From positions 822 through 64,821 of the forward strand of contig JANQMA010000026.1 in the NCBI GenBank assembly GCA_028280285.1: DNA of 64,000 nucleotides, read 5' to 3'. Within the stretch, counting starts at the first letter, position 1, and each line of letters opens with the position of its first letter. The translations under genes were made by a program, and so were the position numbers. The notes under the pieces are model-generated. The model did not search any database. It had not been told where the DNA came from and saw nothing but the letters and a program-made list of their open reading frames with translations. Source of the stretch: Candidatus Omnitrophota bacterium (lineage in GTDB: Bacteria > Omnitrophota > Gorgyraeia > Zapsychrales > Zapsychraceae). Positions 11,101 to 20,761 of this stretch are shown one piece after another.

Positions 11101-13742
11101 TTTATGTGTCCAAAGATCAGCTAAAACCAGAGGCCTATCGTGAATATGATAGTCGTTATGATATTACGGAAGCCGTAGTGGAAAATACTATGCAAGGTCT
11201 GGCACGGTTAATGCCCAAAACGACTGAAAGGCAGGGCAAAAATGGAGAAAACATGTTGCTTCCTCTGGCTGAAAAGAATATAGGAGCTAAGCAAATCACT
11301 TTTAATTATATGATTGGGGAGGATCATTGGCTTGCCTTTGCGCGCTATACTGAAGACCATGTGAAAAAAGCAAAGCGAACAATTAATGATCTTGAGAAAG
11401 AAAAAGAGCAATTAAACAGTAAGATAAAAAATGCTGAGGTGCCAGAAGAAAAAGATCAAACGGAGTTTCGAGTAGAAATTAATAGGCGCCTAACAGAGAT
11501 TGATCAAAAAATAGAGCACAACCAGAATATTAAGGCGGGAGGTATTATACCCACCCGTGTAAAGTTGGATGAAGCGGATTTTATGGTTATGGAGGGGTAT
11601 CTGGATTTATTGAAATTATTGCTTGAGAAGGATAAAGAAAGCTTAACAGATCAGCAGGTTGAGGCCATTGAAGTACTCCTTGACCAAAGAGCTCTTTTCT
11701 TAGATGAATTGTCTGATGCGGCTGAGGAAGATAGGAAGTTAGATAACGATGACCCTGAAGATACGCCACATTTGTTTGAAGTATTTAAAAAATATGGTAT
11801 TTCAGAAGTTCCTAAGCTGGACACAGCCGGAAAGATTCATTTATCGGCAAAGGAATTTAAAAAACGTCATCCGGATCAGCCTATTGAAATGAGGGTTGTA
11901 ATTACCAAGCGCGGCAGTATTATGGAAGATAAAATTCGCGATGAGCTTAAAGTTCCACATACTATTAATCCAGGTTTGGACTATCCGGTTTCTTCAACCG
12001 CACTGAGAACTGCGCTTGTGAATATTCCACGTGATAGGTTAGACCGAGGTGAATTGCCTTTTGTATTTATCGATACCGTGGATGAATTATTAGAATCTCA
12101 GAGGAGAGAACATCTTTATTCATTGTTATTGACAAAAAGTGAACCAACCCTAGCTAATGCACTTGAAGTTGTATTTCCTAAAAATCAAGCAAGAAAAGAA
12201 CAGCGGCATACTCAATTAAGAGCAGATCTTCAACAGGCGCTTCAAGAGGGATATTATACCAACAATGTAAATGTTGATGGGCATGTTGAGCCCAAAAACA
12301 ACCGTTCTGTATTGGACATTCAAGTTAATGACGATAAATTTCGTGTTGTCTATAATGTTGTCAATCGTGCAAAGACAAAGGGAAACATAGTTCGATTTGC
12401 TGTTAGCGATCAGAATAATAAAGAAATTAGTCAGACGGAGTGGTCAGAAAAATCTGTTTTAAGTAGTGCCGTAGAAGAATATTTGAAAAGTTATACTGGC
12501 GCTGTTGTTACGACATACTTGCCACTTGAGGAGTTAAGTAAACGTGAGCTTGTCCATCAAAGAGGTAAGGATCTCAATTTTCTTTCCAGCAATGATGGTC
12601 AAATTATGCAATTCATGCAAGAGTTTGCGCAGGAATTCACACATGATACTACTACTGAATCCCGTGAACAAGAATTATCAGAAGACTTTGAGCTTGTTGT
12701 CTTTGACCGCCCACGATTTTTACGTCAAGATGGGCGGATTGAGATTCAATTTACTCATCAAATATTTAATGATCCAGTTAATAAGGCATGGACAGCAGAT
12801 GGATATTTTCAATATATTGATGAAAAAATTGTTTCTGAGCTAAATTGGTTTTTAAGTGATAGGCGACTAAAAGCCGAAGCGCTAAACAATACGTTAACGA
12901 TCAATAAGAATAGAGACGGCATGCCTTACGTTACAATGGAAATTGAAATATCTAAGGTCTCGGCTACTTTGGGGCAAAAAGACAGTGAAAACGAGTCCGA
13001 CGCCCCGACTATGACCAGTGGACAAAGATTATTTGTTGTTAACGAATCGCAGAATAAGGTAAACCAATTTAGTGTAGAGGATATGGATCCTGATTTTGGA
13101 AGGATAAAAAGCACGGCAACGGTACGGTTTCTTCCGTCGAACGGTAACGGTGTTGTCAAGGGTATGGTGAGGTATATTCCTAATCAACGTGATAATTCAA
13201 ATCAAAATGAATTAAATAAATTAAAATTTAAATTAAAAGAAAAATATGTGCAGAATAATGAACAAGAAAAGCGCGATATCGAAGAGGAAATTAAAACACT
13301 TGAGACTAAGCTTAAAGAAAGCAGGGAAAATGTTTTAACAAAACTTGAAAAGGAGTTAAATTCTTTAAACGATGACCTCAATCCCGGAGAAACACAGGAG
13401 TATGATGTTAAACCTTCTCGACTCGTTACCAATGATGGCTTTGAACTAACCATTACGTTGCAGGATAACGCAGCGGTTACAGCCGATCCGGTGGGTGGTA
13501 TTGATCTTAATCCCGAGATGCTTGATCTTCAGATCAAACGCGACGCAAGCGGCATGCCGCTTCCGGTGAGTCAGCAGCCGATTATCAATATGGATATCGA
13601 AGGGTTTGTGCCGGTTATTATTAATATCACGCCTGTTACCAATGTTCCGCTTATGCTGGGTTTAATTAATGAAGGAACGATTGAGGTAGAAGAAGAGCCG
13701 CTTGAGGCCGTTCAGGCCGTCCGGTTTGATGAGTTGAGTTAA
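8193..13742 (+). CDS. Giant secreted protein, paralog 2 (about 1849 aa). It has a signal peptide, the conserved N-terminal domain, a unique central region with coiled coil, and the conserved C-terminal GGIDLNP module.
   Basis: An ATG at 8193 is preceded by GGAAGGGG, and the track's TTG at 8163 is less likely. The signal peptide is LTQITSLFVAFIFCFTSVIAPGSARA. The N-terminal domain is homologous to paralogs 1 and 3. The C-terminal module is GGIDLNPEMLDLQIKRDASGMPLP...PVTNVPLMLGLI, followed by an acidic tail. Confidence 0.85.
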   Translation: MSISFKSSSKSPLTQITSLFVAFIFCFTSVIAPGSARAQFIPTPAVMPAVGSMVQISNAFDPLIIKGLTIHPENPLEFSFLVDLGDTNYSETKIKDESQRLITYFMAGLTVPESELWVNLSPYENNRIIPDSLGQTAMGRDLLAQDYLLKQLTASLMYPEDELGDKFWTQIKQRVEALYGPGVDIPTNVFNKVWIMPESAEIYIHNTSVFLLGSRLQVMLEEDYVAARKAIGADVAHMETAGELLGHQEVAEVVREVILPAIEEEVNFGENFSTLRQIFNSIILASWYKDNLKETILGQIYADQNKLKGIDENDKQTNQQIYQKYLEAFEEGVYNYIREEYDPAKQQIIPRKYFSGGWLHDQAALLTHENTVVEGQYGQPLDAAVLQNFGKAMTPEVVRKMKRVRAQLAQESAKTHTVESIAYQPLLSNIPKTIINNVEASQLTDLLQEDQINLIARKTLLELINQRGVLDYGIDVNVQAGEAIDFIFNTDMDDRIMRAVRTELQSEEELSTQRMLDLLDAFSVEVTIVEGGASRSEEMSLRDYIQGNLQHAVYLAHAVGNADERGDESTRVRKRRGIREQLERSFPGVSSVTLRTIARDLVKLQRNRLNDDHMSLIVQAVSDKVQAKVSFDQVYTTDEFSFRVRKQGQLEIAAARGNIFSDVSWGSLTVNQLGLIAQAVDNASIQDPVEPGTIQQQSMVKESADFNRITSYAGQSFQRDNLSQLMREASFVSESRENFVELRDQFERIRTASDPQGSIVGIKVIENTQPLQYGGGFELDGIVYVEQSLLDHIEKNNNPFNMRERMLRNFFRKGTALERKIAEYDELVQKYGESRLNLFPEGRVLQSYRDTLYGQLPADKNNTERLNIILEKHGFNNVKITEPDEKAIELTNILKEHIDIALYTMAINSANKFIDLNKNIRMHTDDPLLDSNEEYVANFFAFAAYPATVAHFITVALKGGALSYSDDNIFYVSKDQLKPEAYREYDSRYDITEAVVENTMQGLARLMPKTTERQGKNGENMLLPLAEKNIGAKQITFNYMIGEDHWLAFARYTEDHVKKAKRTINDLEKEKEQLNSKIKNAEVPEEKDQTEFRVEINRRLTEIDQKIEHNQNIKAGGIIPTRVKLDEADFMVMEGYLDLLKLLLEKDKESLTDQQVEAIEVLLDQRALFLDELSDAAEEDRKLDNDDPEDTPHLFEVFKKYGISEVPKLDTAGKIHLSAKEFKKRHPDQPIEMRVVITKRGSIMEDKIRDELKVPHTINPGLDYPVSSTALRTALVNIPRDRLDRGELPFVFIDTVDELLESQRREHLYSLLLTKSEPTLANALEVVFPKNQARKEQRHTQLRADLQQALQEGYYTNNVNVDGHVEPKNNRSVLDIQVNDDKFRVVYNVVNRAKTKGNIVRFAVSDQNNKEISQTEWSEKSVLSSAVEEYLKSYTGAVVTTYLPLEELSKRELVHQRGKDLNFLSSNDGQIMQFMQEFAQEFTHDTTTESREQELSEDFELVVFDRPRFLRQDGRIEIQFTHQIFNDPVNKAWTADGYFQYIDEKIVSELNWFLSDRRLKAEALNNTLTINKNRDGMPYVTMEIEISKVSATLGQKDSENESDAPTMTSGQRLFVVNESQNKVNQFSVEDMDPDFGRIKSTATVRFLPSNGNGVVKGMVRYIPNQRDNSNQNELNKLKFKLKEKYVQNNEQEKRDIEEEIKTLETKLKESRENVLTKLEKELNSLNDDLNPGETQEYDVKPSRLVTNDGFELTITLQDNAAVTADPVGGIDLNPEMLDLQIKRDASGMPLPVSQQPIINMDIEGFVPVIINITPVTNVPLMLGLINEGTIEVEEEPLEAVQAVRFDELS

Positions 13743-14000
13743 ATTTATTAGATCCTAGATCCTTGATTCTTGATGCTAGATATCCAGAATCTAGAATCCA
13801 GGATCAAGCATCTAGAATGTGAATTTTTTGTAACACGTCTTCGCATTTCCCAAAATCGTATAAGTCATTTATCATCAGTAGTTTAGATTTATTCTATCCT
13901 GCGCCCTCCTATTGAATTCCCTCTAATTTACGTTATACTTTTACTACAGTATTTCTGTGACACAGTATTGTTCAATTCTACCAAATAGAAGGAGTTACCA

Positions 14001-17000
14001 TTGAAGTCGCTTAAATCTTTCATCCTATCTAAAGTCATTTCATCGCTTACTATATTAATATTTTTATTAGGTAATATTATTATTCCAACCAATACATACG
14101 CAGAGCAAATTGCCACGCCTGTCTTTATGCCGCCTGTAGGTAGTATGATAGGCGCAAGTGAAATGTATACGCCAACGATTATCAACGGATTAATCATCAA
14201 TCCCGATGATCCACTGCAATTTTCATTCCTTGTCGATGCCGGTGATGCGAATCTTCAAGGCGAGGCGTTTAAAGAAGAGTCGCAACGCTTAGTGAATTAT
14301 TTTATGGCGGGGTTAGCTGTTCCGGAAGATGAGATATGGGTTAACTTGTCGCCCTATGAGAAAAATCGTATTGTTCCTGATGCCTTAGGGCAAACAGCGA
14401 TGGGGCGTGACTTGCTTGCCCAAGATTATTTGCTTAAACAATTTACAGCTTCTCTGATGTATCCGGAAGATGAAATGGGTAAAGCCTTCTGGAAGCGAAT
14501 TAAAGAGAAGGTAAGCACCAAACATGGCATTGATGATATCCCGACTAATATGTTTAGTAAAGTTTGGATCGTCCCAGAAAGTGCAAAGATTTATATTCAC
14601 AATATGACAGTATTTTTAACGGATAGTCATTTAAAGGTTATGCTTGAAAAAGACTATTTAGCGACGCGTGAGGCGGTAGGTGATGATGTATCGCATATGG
14701 AAACAGAGCAGGAGCTTTTATCTTCAGAAAATGTTGCCTCTATCATACGAGACATCATTATTCCTGAAATTGAGCATGAGGTAAATCATGGCAAAAACTT
14801 TGCACCTCTTCGCCAAATCTTTAACTCGGTTATTCTTGCTTCCTGGTACAAGGCGAACTTAAAAGAGTCTTTGCTCGGACAAATCTATATTGACCAAAAC
14901 AAAATCGAAGGCATTAATGACAATGCGCCGGCAACGAATCAAGCGATTTACGACCAGTATCTAGAGGCCTTTAAAGCAGGCGTTTATAATTATGTGAAAG
15001 AAGAGTATGACCCTGCAGCCCAGCAAATGGTGGCGCAAAAATATTTTTCCGGCGGGATCGCAAACGATTTTGCAGCAATGGTTGATAATTCCAAATTACA
15101 AACAGTTGGAAAAATAATGGACGGGTTGGATCCGGCCAACATATCTGATTTGCAGAATAGCAATAGTGGGAGTATTCAAAGAGTAGATGTTGAAGTAAAG
15201 CCTGAAGAAATAAATCTTACTACAGTGGATGCTGCCATTTTAGAAGAAATTTCTTACATAAAAGCACTACTGGAACTTTCCTTTGAAGAAGAAGGTAATA
15301 ATGGTGATGAGGAATTTATTGAGGAAATCATGAGCAGTACATCGAGAATAATTGATTACTTCAAAGGTGCTGAAGAAAAGGATTTTAAATCTGACTATGA
15401 AGAAACTGTCCAACACTTAGTTTGGTGGCTTGGGTTCAAATTGCGTGAGGCTAGCTCTCCTGAGGATGGGTTAAATAAGACAATTCAAGTTAATTTCTTA
15501 CATAAAGGCAATGAATATGAGTACGTAGAAAAAAATGATATTAATAGGTCGATGGTAAGGGTTAAAAGTGACAGTTGGAAGAAGGAAGTTAGTCCAATAA
15601 ATACTCCAAGTCTTGCTGAGAACATCAGTTTACTTGAAGTCATGTTGGCTAGCAGTAGGCGAAACCTTGATACACATGTAAGGCGTCCAGTCAAAAACGA
15701 TGTCATTGAGCGTGTCAGGAAATGGCCTTTATTTGTTTTTGAGAATAACGCCGAAAGAAGATGGGTTCTTGATGCGCTTACAAGGAGACGTAATAAAGAT
15801 ATTAATTTAGGTAGCCTCCAGCTTGACGGCTTTGATGCTATTTTAGACAGAATTATTTCACGCCAACTAAAGGGTCAAAAGCGTAATGTAACCGTTGACG
15901 AAAAGCAAATACTTTTAAATCCTATTAATAACAGAAAAACTCTTTACGGAGGGGCGGATATAAGCAGCATACCTATTTTGGTATTACTTAGTATTGTTGA
16001 AGAGATTTACGAGCTGAAGATGTCTAATGAGGTTATTGAGACTACCAGGAAAAAGATGGAGTCAGTTAAGGATAATACTTGGAATATAGTTCGAAAATTT
16101 ATTGATGAGCAAATGAGCGAATATGAGGATCATGAATTGGTTTGGTCGATATATACGAAACCTGATTCTGATTTTAATACAGAAACAGTGTTGGTTATTG
16201 TTCCAAAGAAAGAAAATATAGATCGAGAAAAATTTAATCGGCAGATTGGTATTTTAAGTGAAGCGATTATTGAAAATGTAAATCTTCCCGAGGGGATAAA
16301 TATATTTAAACAAGGGGATAAAAACGCTTCAGATAAAGATTTATTAATCTTCAGAGAAAAAGAAGATGTTAAATTTACTGATGCTGAATCAGGAGAAATA
16401 TTGGAGTTTTATGAAGGAGTAAAGTTGCGTATTAAGCATGCTCCCGAATTTTTCCAACTTGACGGGAAAGGTAATCAATCAGTATTATCACAAAATGACC
16501 GCGAAAAACGGGCTGTGCGCAATATTACACGTGATTTTTATTTGGATTTACGTGTGGCAGATGAAACAAAAGACGATTTAAAACGGATCGATGTCCATTA
16601 TTATTATGGGCTTTCCTCTGGTCGTCGAGGGGTTGTGCCTATTTATGTAAAACAAGATGAGGATATTAACAATATTGCTGATGCGTTGTTGTTTGGTGTG
16701 CAGAGCCAGGTTAATGAAACTAATTTTTATAGACTTATATTTAATGATGTGCGCAGTACTTTAGTTAGACTTTTTGATGGAGAAAATCAAAAAAGACTTA
16801 ACCAGTTTGATAAAATTATTGCCGAAGCGGTAAAAAAAGGAAAATTTGCAAGCGAAGCAAAAGAAAAAATCTTTAAATGGGGCAGAGAAAATCAGCAGTA
16901 TACAGATAAAGAAGGATTAGAAGAGTTTCTACGTGCGCAATACGCGACTTTTAATATTGATTCAGAAATTATACTTAAGCATCTTCTTGACTCAGACTAC

Positions 17001-17330
17001 TTTTCCCAAATAAAAGATATAGTCCGCGGGTTTGACTTGAGCGCAGATAATGCTCATCTGACACCCGGTGGTATTGACCTTAATACCAAGATGCTTGATC
17101 TTAAGCTTGAGTATGATGGCAGCAATATACTGCCTACCGTGGATCCTGCGGTCTTAAAAGACATCAACATTAAAGGGCTTACCCCAATTATTACGAATGT
17201 GGTGCCGATCAGCAATTTGCCGCTTATGCTCGGGTTTGGTGATGGGCCGGGTTCGGATGACTCCGGGCCCTATACGATGGGGTCTGTTGGCGATCTTTCC
17301 TATCTTAAGTCGCAGGAGTTATATAAGTAA
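14001..17330 (+). CDS. Giant secreted protein, paralog 3 (1109 aa), with a TTG start
   Basis: AGGAG lies 7 nt upstream of the TTG at 14001. The signal peptide is MKSLKSFILSKVISSLTILIFLLGNIIIPTNTYA. The N-terminal domain is about 80% identical to the visible part of paralog 1. The C-terminal module is GGIDLNTKMLDLKLEYDGSNILP...PISNLPLMLGF, followed by an acidic or Gly tail. Confidence 0.85.
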   Translation: MKSLKSFILSKVISSLTILIFLLGNIIIPTNTYAEQIATPVFMPPVGSMIGASEMYTPTIINGLIINPDDPLQFSFLVDAGDANLQGEAFKEESQRLVNYFMAGLAVPEDEIWVNLSPYEKNRIVPDALGQTAMGRDLLAQDYLLKQFTASLMYPEDEMGKAFWKRIKEKVSTKHGIDDIPTNMFSKVWIVPESAKIYIHNMTVFLTDSHLKVMLEKDYLATREAVGDDVSHMETEQELLSSENVASIIRDIIIPEIEHEVNHGKNFAPLRQIFNSVILASWYKANLKESLLGQIYIDQNKIEGINDNAPATNQAIYDQYLEAFKAGVYNYVKEEYDPAAQQMVAQKYFSGGIANDFAAMVDNSKLQTVGKIMDGLDPANISDLQNSNSGSIQRVDVEVKPEEINLTTVDAAILEEISYIKALLELSFEEEGNNGDEEFIEEIMSSTSRIIDYFKGAEEKDFKSDYEETVQHLVWWLGFKLREASSPEDGLNKTIQVNFLHKGNEYEYVEKNDINRSMVRVKSDSWKKEVSPINTPSLAENISLLEVMLASSRRNLDTHVRRPVKNDVIERVRKWPLFVFENNAERRWVLDALTRRRNKDINLGSLQLDGFDAILDRIISRQLKGQKRNVTVDEKQILLNPINNRKTLYGGADISSIPILVLLSIVEEIYELKMSNEVIETTRKKMESVKDNTWNIVRKFIDEQMSEYEDHELVWSIYTKPDSDFNTETVLVIVPKKENIDREKFNRQIGILSEAIIENVNLPEGINIFKQGDKNASDKDLLIFREKEDVKFTDAESGEILEFYEGVKLRIKHAPEFFQLDGKGNQSVLSQNDREKRAVRNITRDFYLDLRVADETKDDLKRIDVHYYYGLSSGRRGVVPIYVKQDEDINNIADALLFGVQSQVNETNFYRLIFNDVRSTLVRLFDGENQKRLNQFDKIIAEAVKKGKFASEAKEKIFKWGRENQQYTDKEGLEEFLRAQYATFNIDSEIILKHLLDSDYFSQIKDIVRGFDLSADNAHLTPGGIDLNTKMLDLKLEYDGSNILPTVDPAVLKDINIKGLTPIITNVVPISNLPLMLGFGDGPGSDDSGPYTMGSVGDLSYLKSQELYK

Positions 17331-17445
17331 TAAAATAAAGAGAGGTTATGTTTGGGCTAGAACACTGAACACTAAGTTATTGCCCTATCCGCACTTTCGT
17401 GTATAATAAACTCACCCTTTAACTTCTACTATTCTTACTAATATA

Positions 17446-18513
17446 ATGATTAATATAGCGATCATCGGCTGCGGATATTGGGGGCCGAATCTTTTAAGAA
17501 ACTTCCAAGATATTGGTAATGTGCAGGTTACGCTTGTCGTGGATTTGGATAATGACCGTTTGGCGTATGCCGCGGAAAAATATCCCAAGATAAGGGTTAG
17601 CAAAGATTACCATGATGCGTTTGCCGGTGACATCGATGCTATTGTCATTGCCACACAGCCGACCAATCATTATCAACTCACCAAAGAGGCACTGGAACAT
17701 AATAAACATGTGCTTGTCGAAAAACCATTGGCCATGTCTGTCAGTGAAGCAGAAGAATTGGTGCGGATGGCCGATGCCCGTGATTGTATATTAATGGTGG
17801 GTCATACCTTTGAATACAATCCTGCTGTACGACTATTAAAACGTGAGATCGATTGTGGTACGATCGGCAAACCTTATTACTTTTATACCCAGCGTCTTAA
17901 CTTCGGTATTGTGCGTCAGGATGTCAGCTCCCTGTGGAGTTTGGCCCCGCATGATATTTCTATTCTCAATTATTTGATTGGAGGTATGCCAGAGCGTGTG
18001 GCGGCCCATGGGTTTGATTTTATCCAACCGCAACTGGCAGATGTGGTGTTTATGGTCTTGCATTATCCGGGGGGTGTCAAGGCACATGTGCAGGTCAGCT
18101 GGCTTGATCCGCGCAAGGTGCGTTCTTTAACGGTCGTCGGCAGTGAAAAGATGATTGTCTATGATGATATGGCCGATAGCAAAATACAGATTTATGATAA
18201 AGGGATCAAGCGTCAGAATATTGATGAGTCATTGGGACCTTATGATGATTTTGGTAAATACCAACTGATTAAATCAGCGGGCGATGTTACTTTTCCTAAA
18301 ATTGATTTTACCGAACCGCTGAGAAGTGAATGTGAAGAGTTTATTGAATGTATTACTGAATCAAGAAGACCCCAGGCGGATGGGCTCAATGGTCTTCAGG
18401 TTGTTTCTGTCCTTGAGGCTGCTGACCGGTCGATTAAAACAGGTGGAGAAGAAGTAGTAATAGAAGAGATAAAAGAAATAAGTGGCACGAAAGCTAGAAC
18501 CTATTACCTATAG
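17446..18513 (+). CDS. Gfo/Idh/MocA-family NAD-dependent oxidoreductase (WbpB/GnnA-like UDP-sugar 3-dehydrogenase), copy 1
   Basis: The N-terminal Rossmann motif is IAIIGCGYWGPN. The EKP motif and a dimerisation domain are present. It is followed directly by a DegT aminotransferase. Confidence 0.8.
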   Translation: MINIAIIGCGYWGPNLLRNFQDIGNVQVTLVVDLDNDRLAYAAEKYPKIRVSKDYHDAFAGDIDAIVIATQPTNHYQLTKEALEHNKHVLVEKPLAMSVSEAEELVRMADARDCILMVGHTFEYNPAVRLLKREIDCGTIGKPYYFYTQRLNFGIVRQDVSSLWSLAPHDISILNYLIGGMPERVAAHGFDFIQPQLADVVFMVLHYPGGVKAHVQVSWLDPRKVRSLTVVGSEKMIVYDDMADSKIQIYDKGIKRQNIDESLGPYDDFGKYQLIKSAGDVTFPKIDFTEPLRSECEEFIECITESRRPQADGLNGLQVVSVLEAADRSIKTGGEEVVIEEIKEISGTKARTYYL

Positions 18514-18524
18514 ATTCGAACAAG

Positions 18525-19622
18525 ATGAATATTCCCCTCGTCGATCTAAAGACCCAATATAAATCTATTGAACAAGAGATTATGCTGGCGGTTGAAGAAG
18601 TTTTCACGTCGTGCGGTTTTATTGGTGGGCCACATATCAAGCAGTGCGAAGATGATTTTGCGGCGATGTGCGGTGCTGCCTGTGGTGTTGCGACCAGTTC
18701 CGGCACAACCGCGCTTCATGTGGCCTTAGACAGCCTTGGGATCACAGACGGCGATGAGGTGATTACTGTATCAAACACCTTTGCGGCAACCGTTGAGGCC
18801 ATTATCCAAACCGGTGCGACGGTTAAGTTTTGTGATATTGATCGTGATACGTACAATATTGATGTGACCCGAATCGAAGGGCTTATCACCGGTCAAACAA
18901 AAGCGATTGTTCCGGTTCACCTCTATGGGCAGCCGTGCGACATGGATGCGATTCTTGCTCTGGCCGATAAACATAATCTATGGGTGATTAATGATACGGC
19001 CCAAGCCCATCTTGCGCAATATAAAGGCAAGCCGCTTGGATCATACGGGCATTGTGGGTGTTACAGTTTTTATCCGGGTAAAAATCTGGGATGCTATGGC
19101 GACGGGGGAATGGTCATTACCAATGATGCACAGCTTGCAACCAAGATGAGAATGCTGACTAATCATGGAACGAGCAGTAAATATGTGCATGAAATGCCGG
19201 GATACAATTATCGTTTGGATGCTGTGCAGGCGGCTATTCTTAATGTGAAGCTTAGACATATTGTCAATTGGACCAAGCTTCGTCAAAAAGCCGCTGCCTT
19301 GTATACAGAAAAACTGAAAGATGTGGATGTTGTCACGCCATTTATTCAGGACGATATTGCACATGTCTTTCATTTGTATGTTGTACGTGTTGAAAATCGG
19401 GATGAGGTGTTTAAACACATGCAGGATCAGGGGATTGGGGTTGGTCTCCACTATCCTGTGCCTTTGCATCTGCAAAAAGCTTTTGCATCGCTCGGTTACG
19501 GCGAAGGAAGTTTGCCGGTGACCGAAGAGGTGGCGGGCAAAATTTTGTCTTTACCTATGTTTCCGGAGATCACCGAGGAGCAGATTGACTACATTTGTGA
19601 GAATTTGAAAGATAATGTATAG
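18525..19622 (+). CDS. DegT/DnrJ/EryC1/StrS-family PLP aminotransferase (WbpE/GnnB-like), copy 1
   Basis: Family-typical sequence, for example SSGTTALHVAL and YSFYPGKNLGCYGDGGMVITND. It is adjacent to a WbpB-like dehydrogenase. Confidence 0.85.
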   Translation: MNIPLVDLKTQYKSIEQEIMLAVEEVFTSCGFIGGPHIKQCEDDFAAMCGAACGVATSSGTTALHVALDSLGITDGDEVITVSNTFAATVEAIIQTGATVKFCDIDRDTYNIDVTRIEGLITGQTKAIVPVHLYGQPCDMDAILALADKHNLWVINDTAQAHLAQYKGKPLGSYGHCGCYSFYPGKNLGCYGDGGMVITNDAQLATKMRMLTNHGTSSKYVHEMPGYNYRLDAVQAAILNVKLRHIVNWTKLRQKAAALYTEKLKDVDVVTPFIQDDIAHVFHLYVVRVENRDEVFKHMQDQGIGVGLHYPVPLHLQKAFASLGYGEGSLPVTEEVAGKILSLPMFPEITEEQIDYICENLKDNV

Positions 19623-20562
19623 AGATAAAAAAATAGCCTTAGTTATTCCCTGTTATAACGAAGAAAAGTTGATCAGACCGACGCTTGAAAATGTGCCGGA
19701 AAAAATCGACCGTATTTTTGTCGTCGATGATTGCAGTACAGATAATATGGATGCGGTTGTGCGTGCCTTGGCGGCGGCGGATCAGCGTATTAACTATACG
19801 CGTCACGCAACCAATCAAGGGCCGGGCCAGGCGATTATCACCGGATACAAAAAATCATCGGAGGAAGGATGTGATATCACGGTCGTTGTCGGGGGAGATT
19901 ATCAAATGCCGCTTGAGGAGGTCGACCGTTTTCTTGATCCGCTCATTGACGGCCGTGCCGATTATACCAAGGGCAACCGGTTTTTTGTCTGGGAGAAAAC
20001 GAAGGTCAAGATGCCGAAGATTCGTATTTTAGGCAATATCATCATTACCGCACTGACTAAAATGGCGTCAGGTTATTATAAGATTATGGACGTTGTCGAC
20101 GGGTATACGGCGATTACCAAAGATGCGATTGACCGTGTTGATTGGGATCGTGCATGGAAAAAGTACGGTTATCCAATGGATTTTTTGATCCGTATGAATG
20201 CCTATGGGCTTCGCGTGCGTGATATTCCACGCACGCCGATTTATTTGGAGGGTGAGAGGCAATCACAGATCAAAGGCATGAAGTATGCGCTGCGTGTCTC
20301 CCCTATGCTTGTGCGCGGATTTTTTTGGCGGATGTTTTTTAAGTATATCTATCTTGATTTTCATCCGCTGTTTTTCTTTTATATGCTTGGTCTTTTGTTT
20401 GTCCCGATTGGGCTTGTGCTCGGGTGTCATCAACTATATGCCGAGTTTTTCGGTGGGGGGGCCACAGGGCCCATGTCTATACTTTGTGCGCTGACAACGA
20501 TTACGGGTTTGCAGTTTTTATTATTCGGAATGTGGTTTGATATGGAAGTGGGAAAGGGGTAA
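19615..20562 (+). CDS. GT2 polyprenol-phosphate glycosyltransferase (GtrB/ArnC/DPM1-like) with C-terminal transmembrane helices
   Basis: N-terminal GT-A fold with IPCYNEE and a DDCS/DxD-type motif. There are two C-terminal hydrophobic helices, LFFFYMLGLLFVPIGLVLG and ILCALTTITGLQFLLFGMWF. It overlaps the upstream gene by 8 nt. Confidence 0.75.
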   Translation: MYRDKKIALVIPCYNEEKLIRPTLENVPEKIDRIFVVDDCSTDNMDAVVRALAAADQRINYTRHATNQGPGQAIITGYKKSSEEGCDITVVVGGDYQMPLEEVDRFLDPLIDGRADYTKGNRFFVWEKTKVKMPKIRILGNIIITALTKMASGYYKIMDVVDGYTAITKDAIDRVDWDRAWKKYGYPMDFLIRMNAYGLRVRDIPRTPIYLEGERQSQIKGMKYALRVSPMLVRGFFWRMFFKYIYLDFHPLFFFYMLGLLFVPIGLVLGCHQLYAEFFGGGATGPMSILCALTTITGLQFLLFGMWFDMEVGKG

Positions 20563-20761
20563 AAATTAAAAAATAAAAAAGAAAAAGTAAAAAAGAAAAT
20601 TGAGAATTGAGAAAGAATGAGAATTTAAAAAATAGTATTTGGTAATTGGTAGTTAGTAATTGGTCACAACATGCATTTTTTCCAGTTTAATTTTGATTTT
20701 TAAATTTATTTAATTTTTTAATTTTTACTTTTATTTTTTCATTCTAACTTTTTAATTAGTT
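20563..20761. repeat. AT-rich intergenic region forming a long imperfect inverted repeat. The arms are roughly 20563-20630 and 20700-20761. It encloses a copy of the TAATTGGT-type element.
   Basis: Left-arm sequences such as aaaaagtaaaaaag and gaaagaatgagaattt are mirrored by ttttacttttatttttt and cattctaact on the right. The centre contains gtatttggtaattggtagttagtaattggtc. Confidence 0.6.

Noticed and set aside
19685-20032. 115-aa alternate-frame ORF inside the GtrB-like GT2 gene
   Set aside because: It is an Arg-rich out-of-frame translation of a confidently identified gene.
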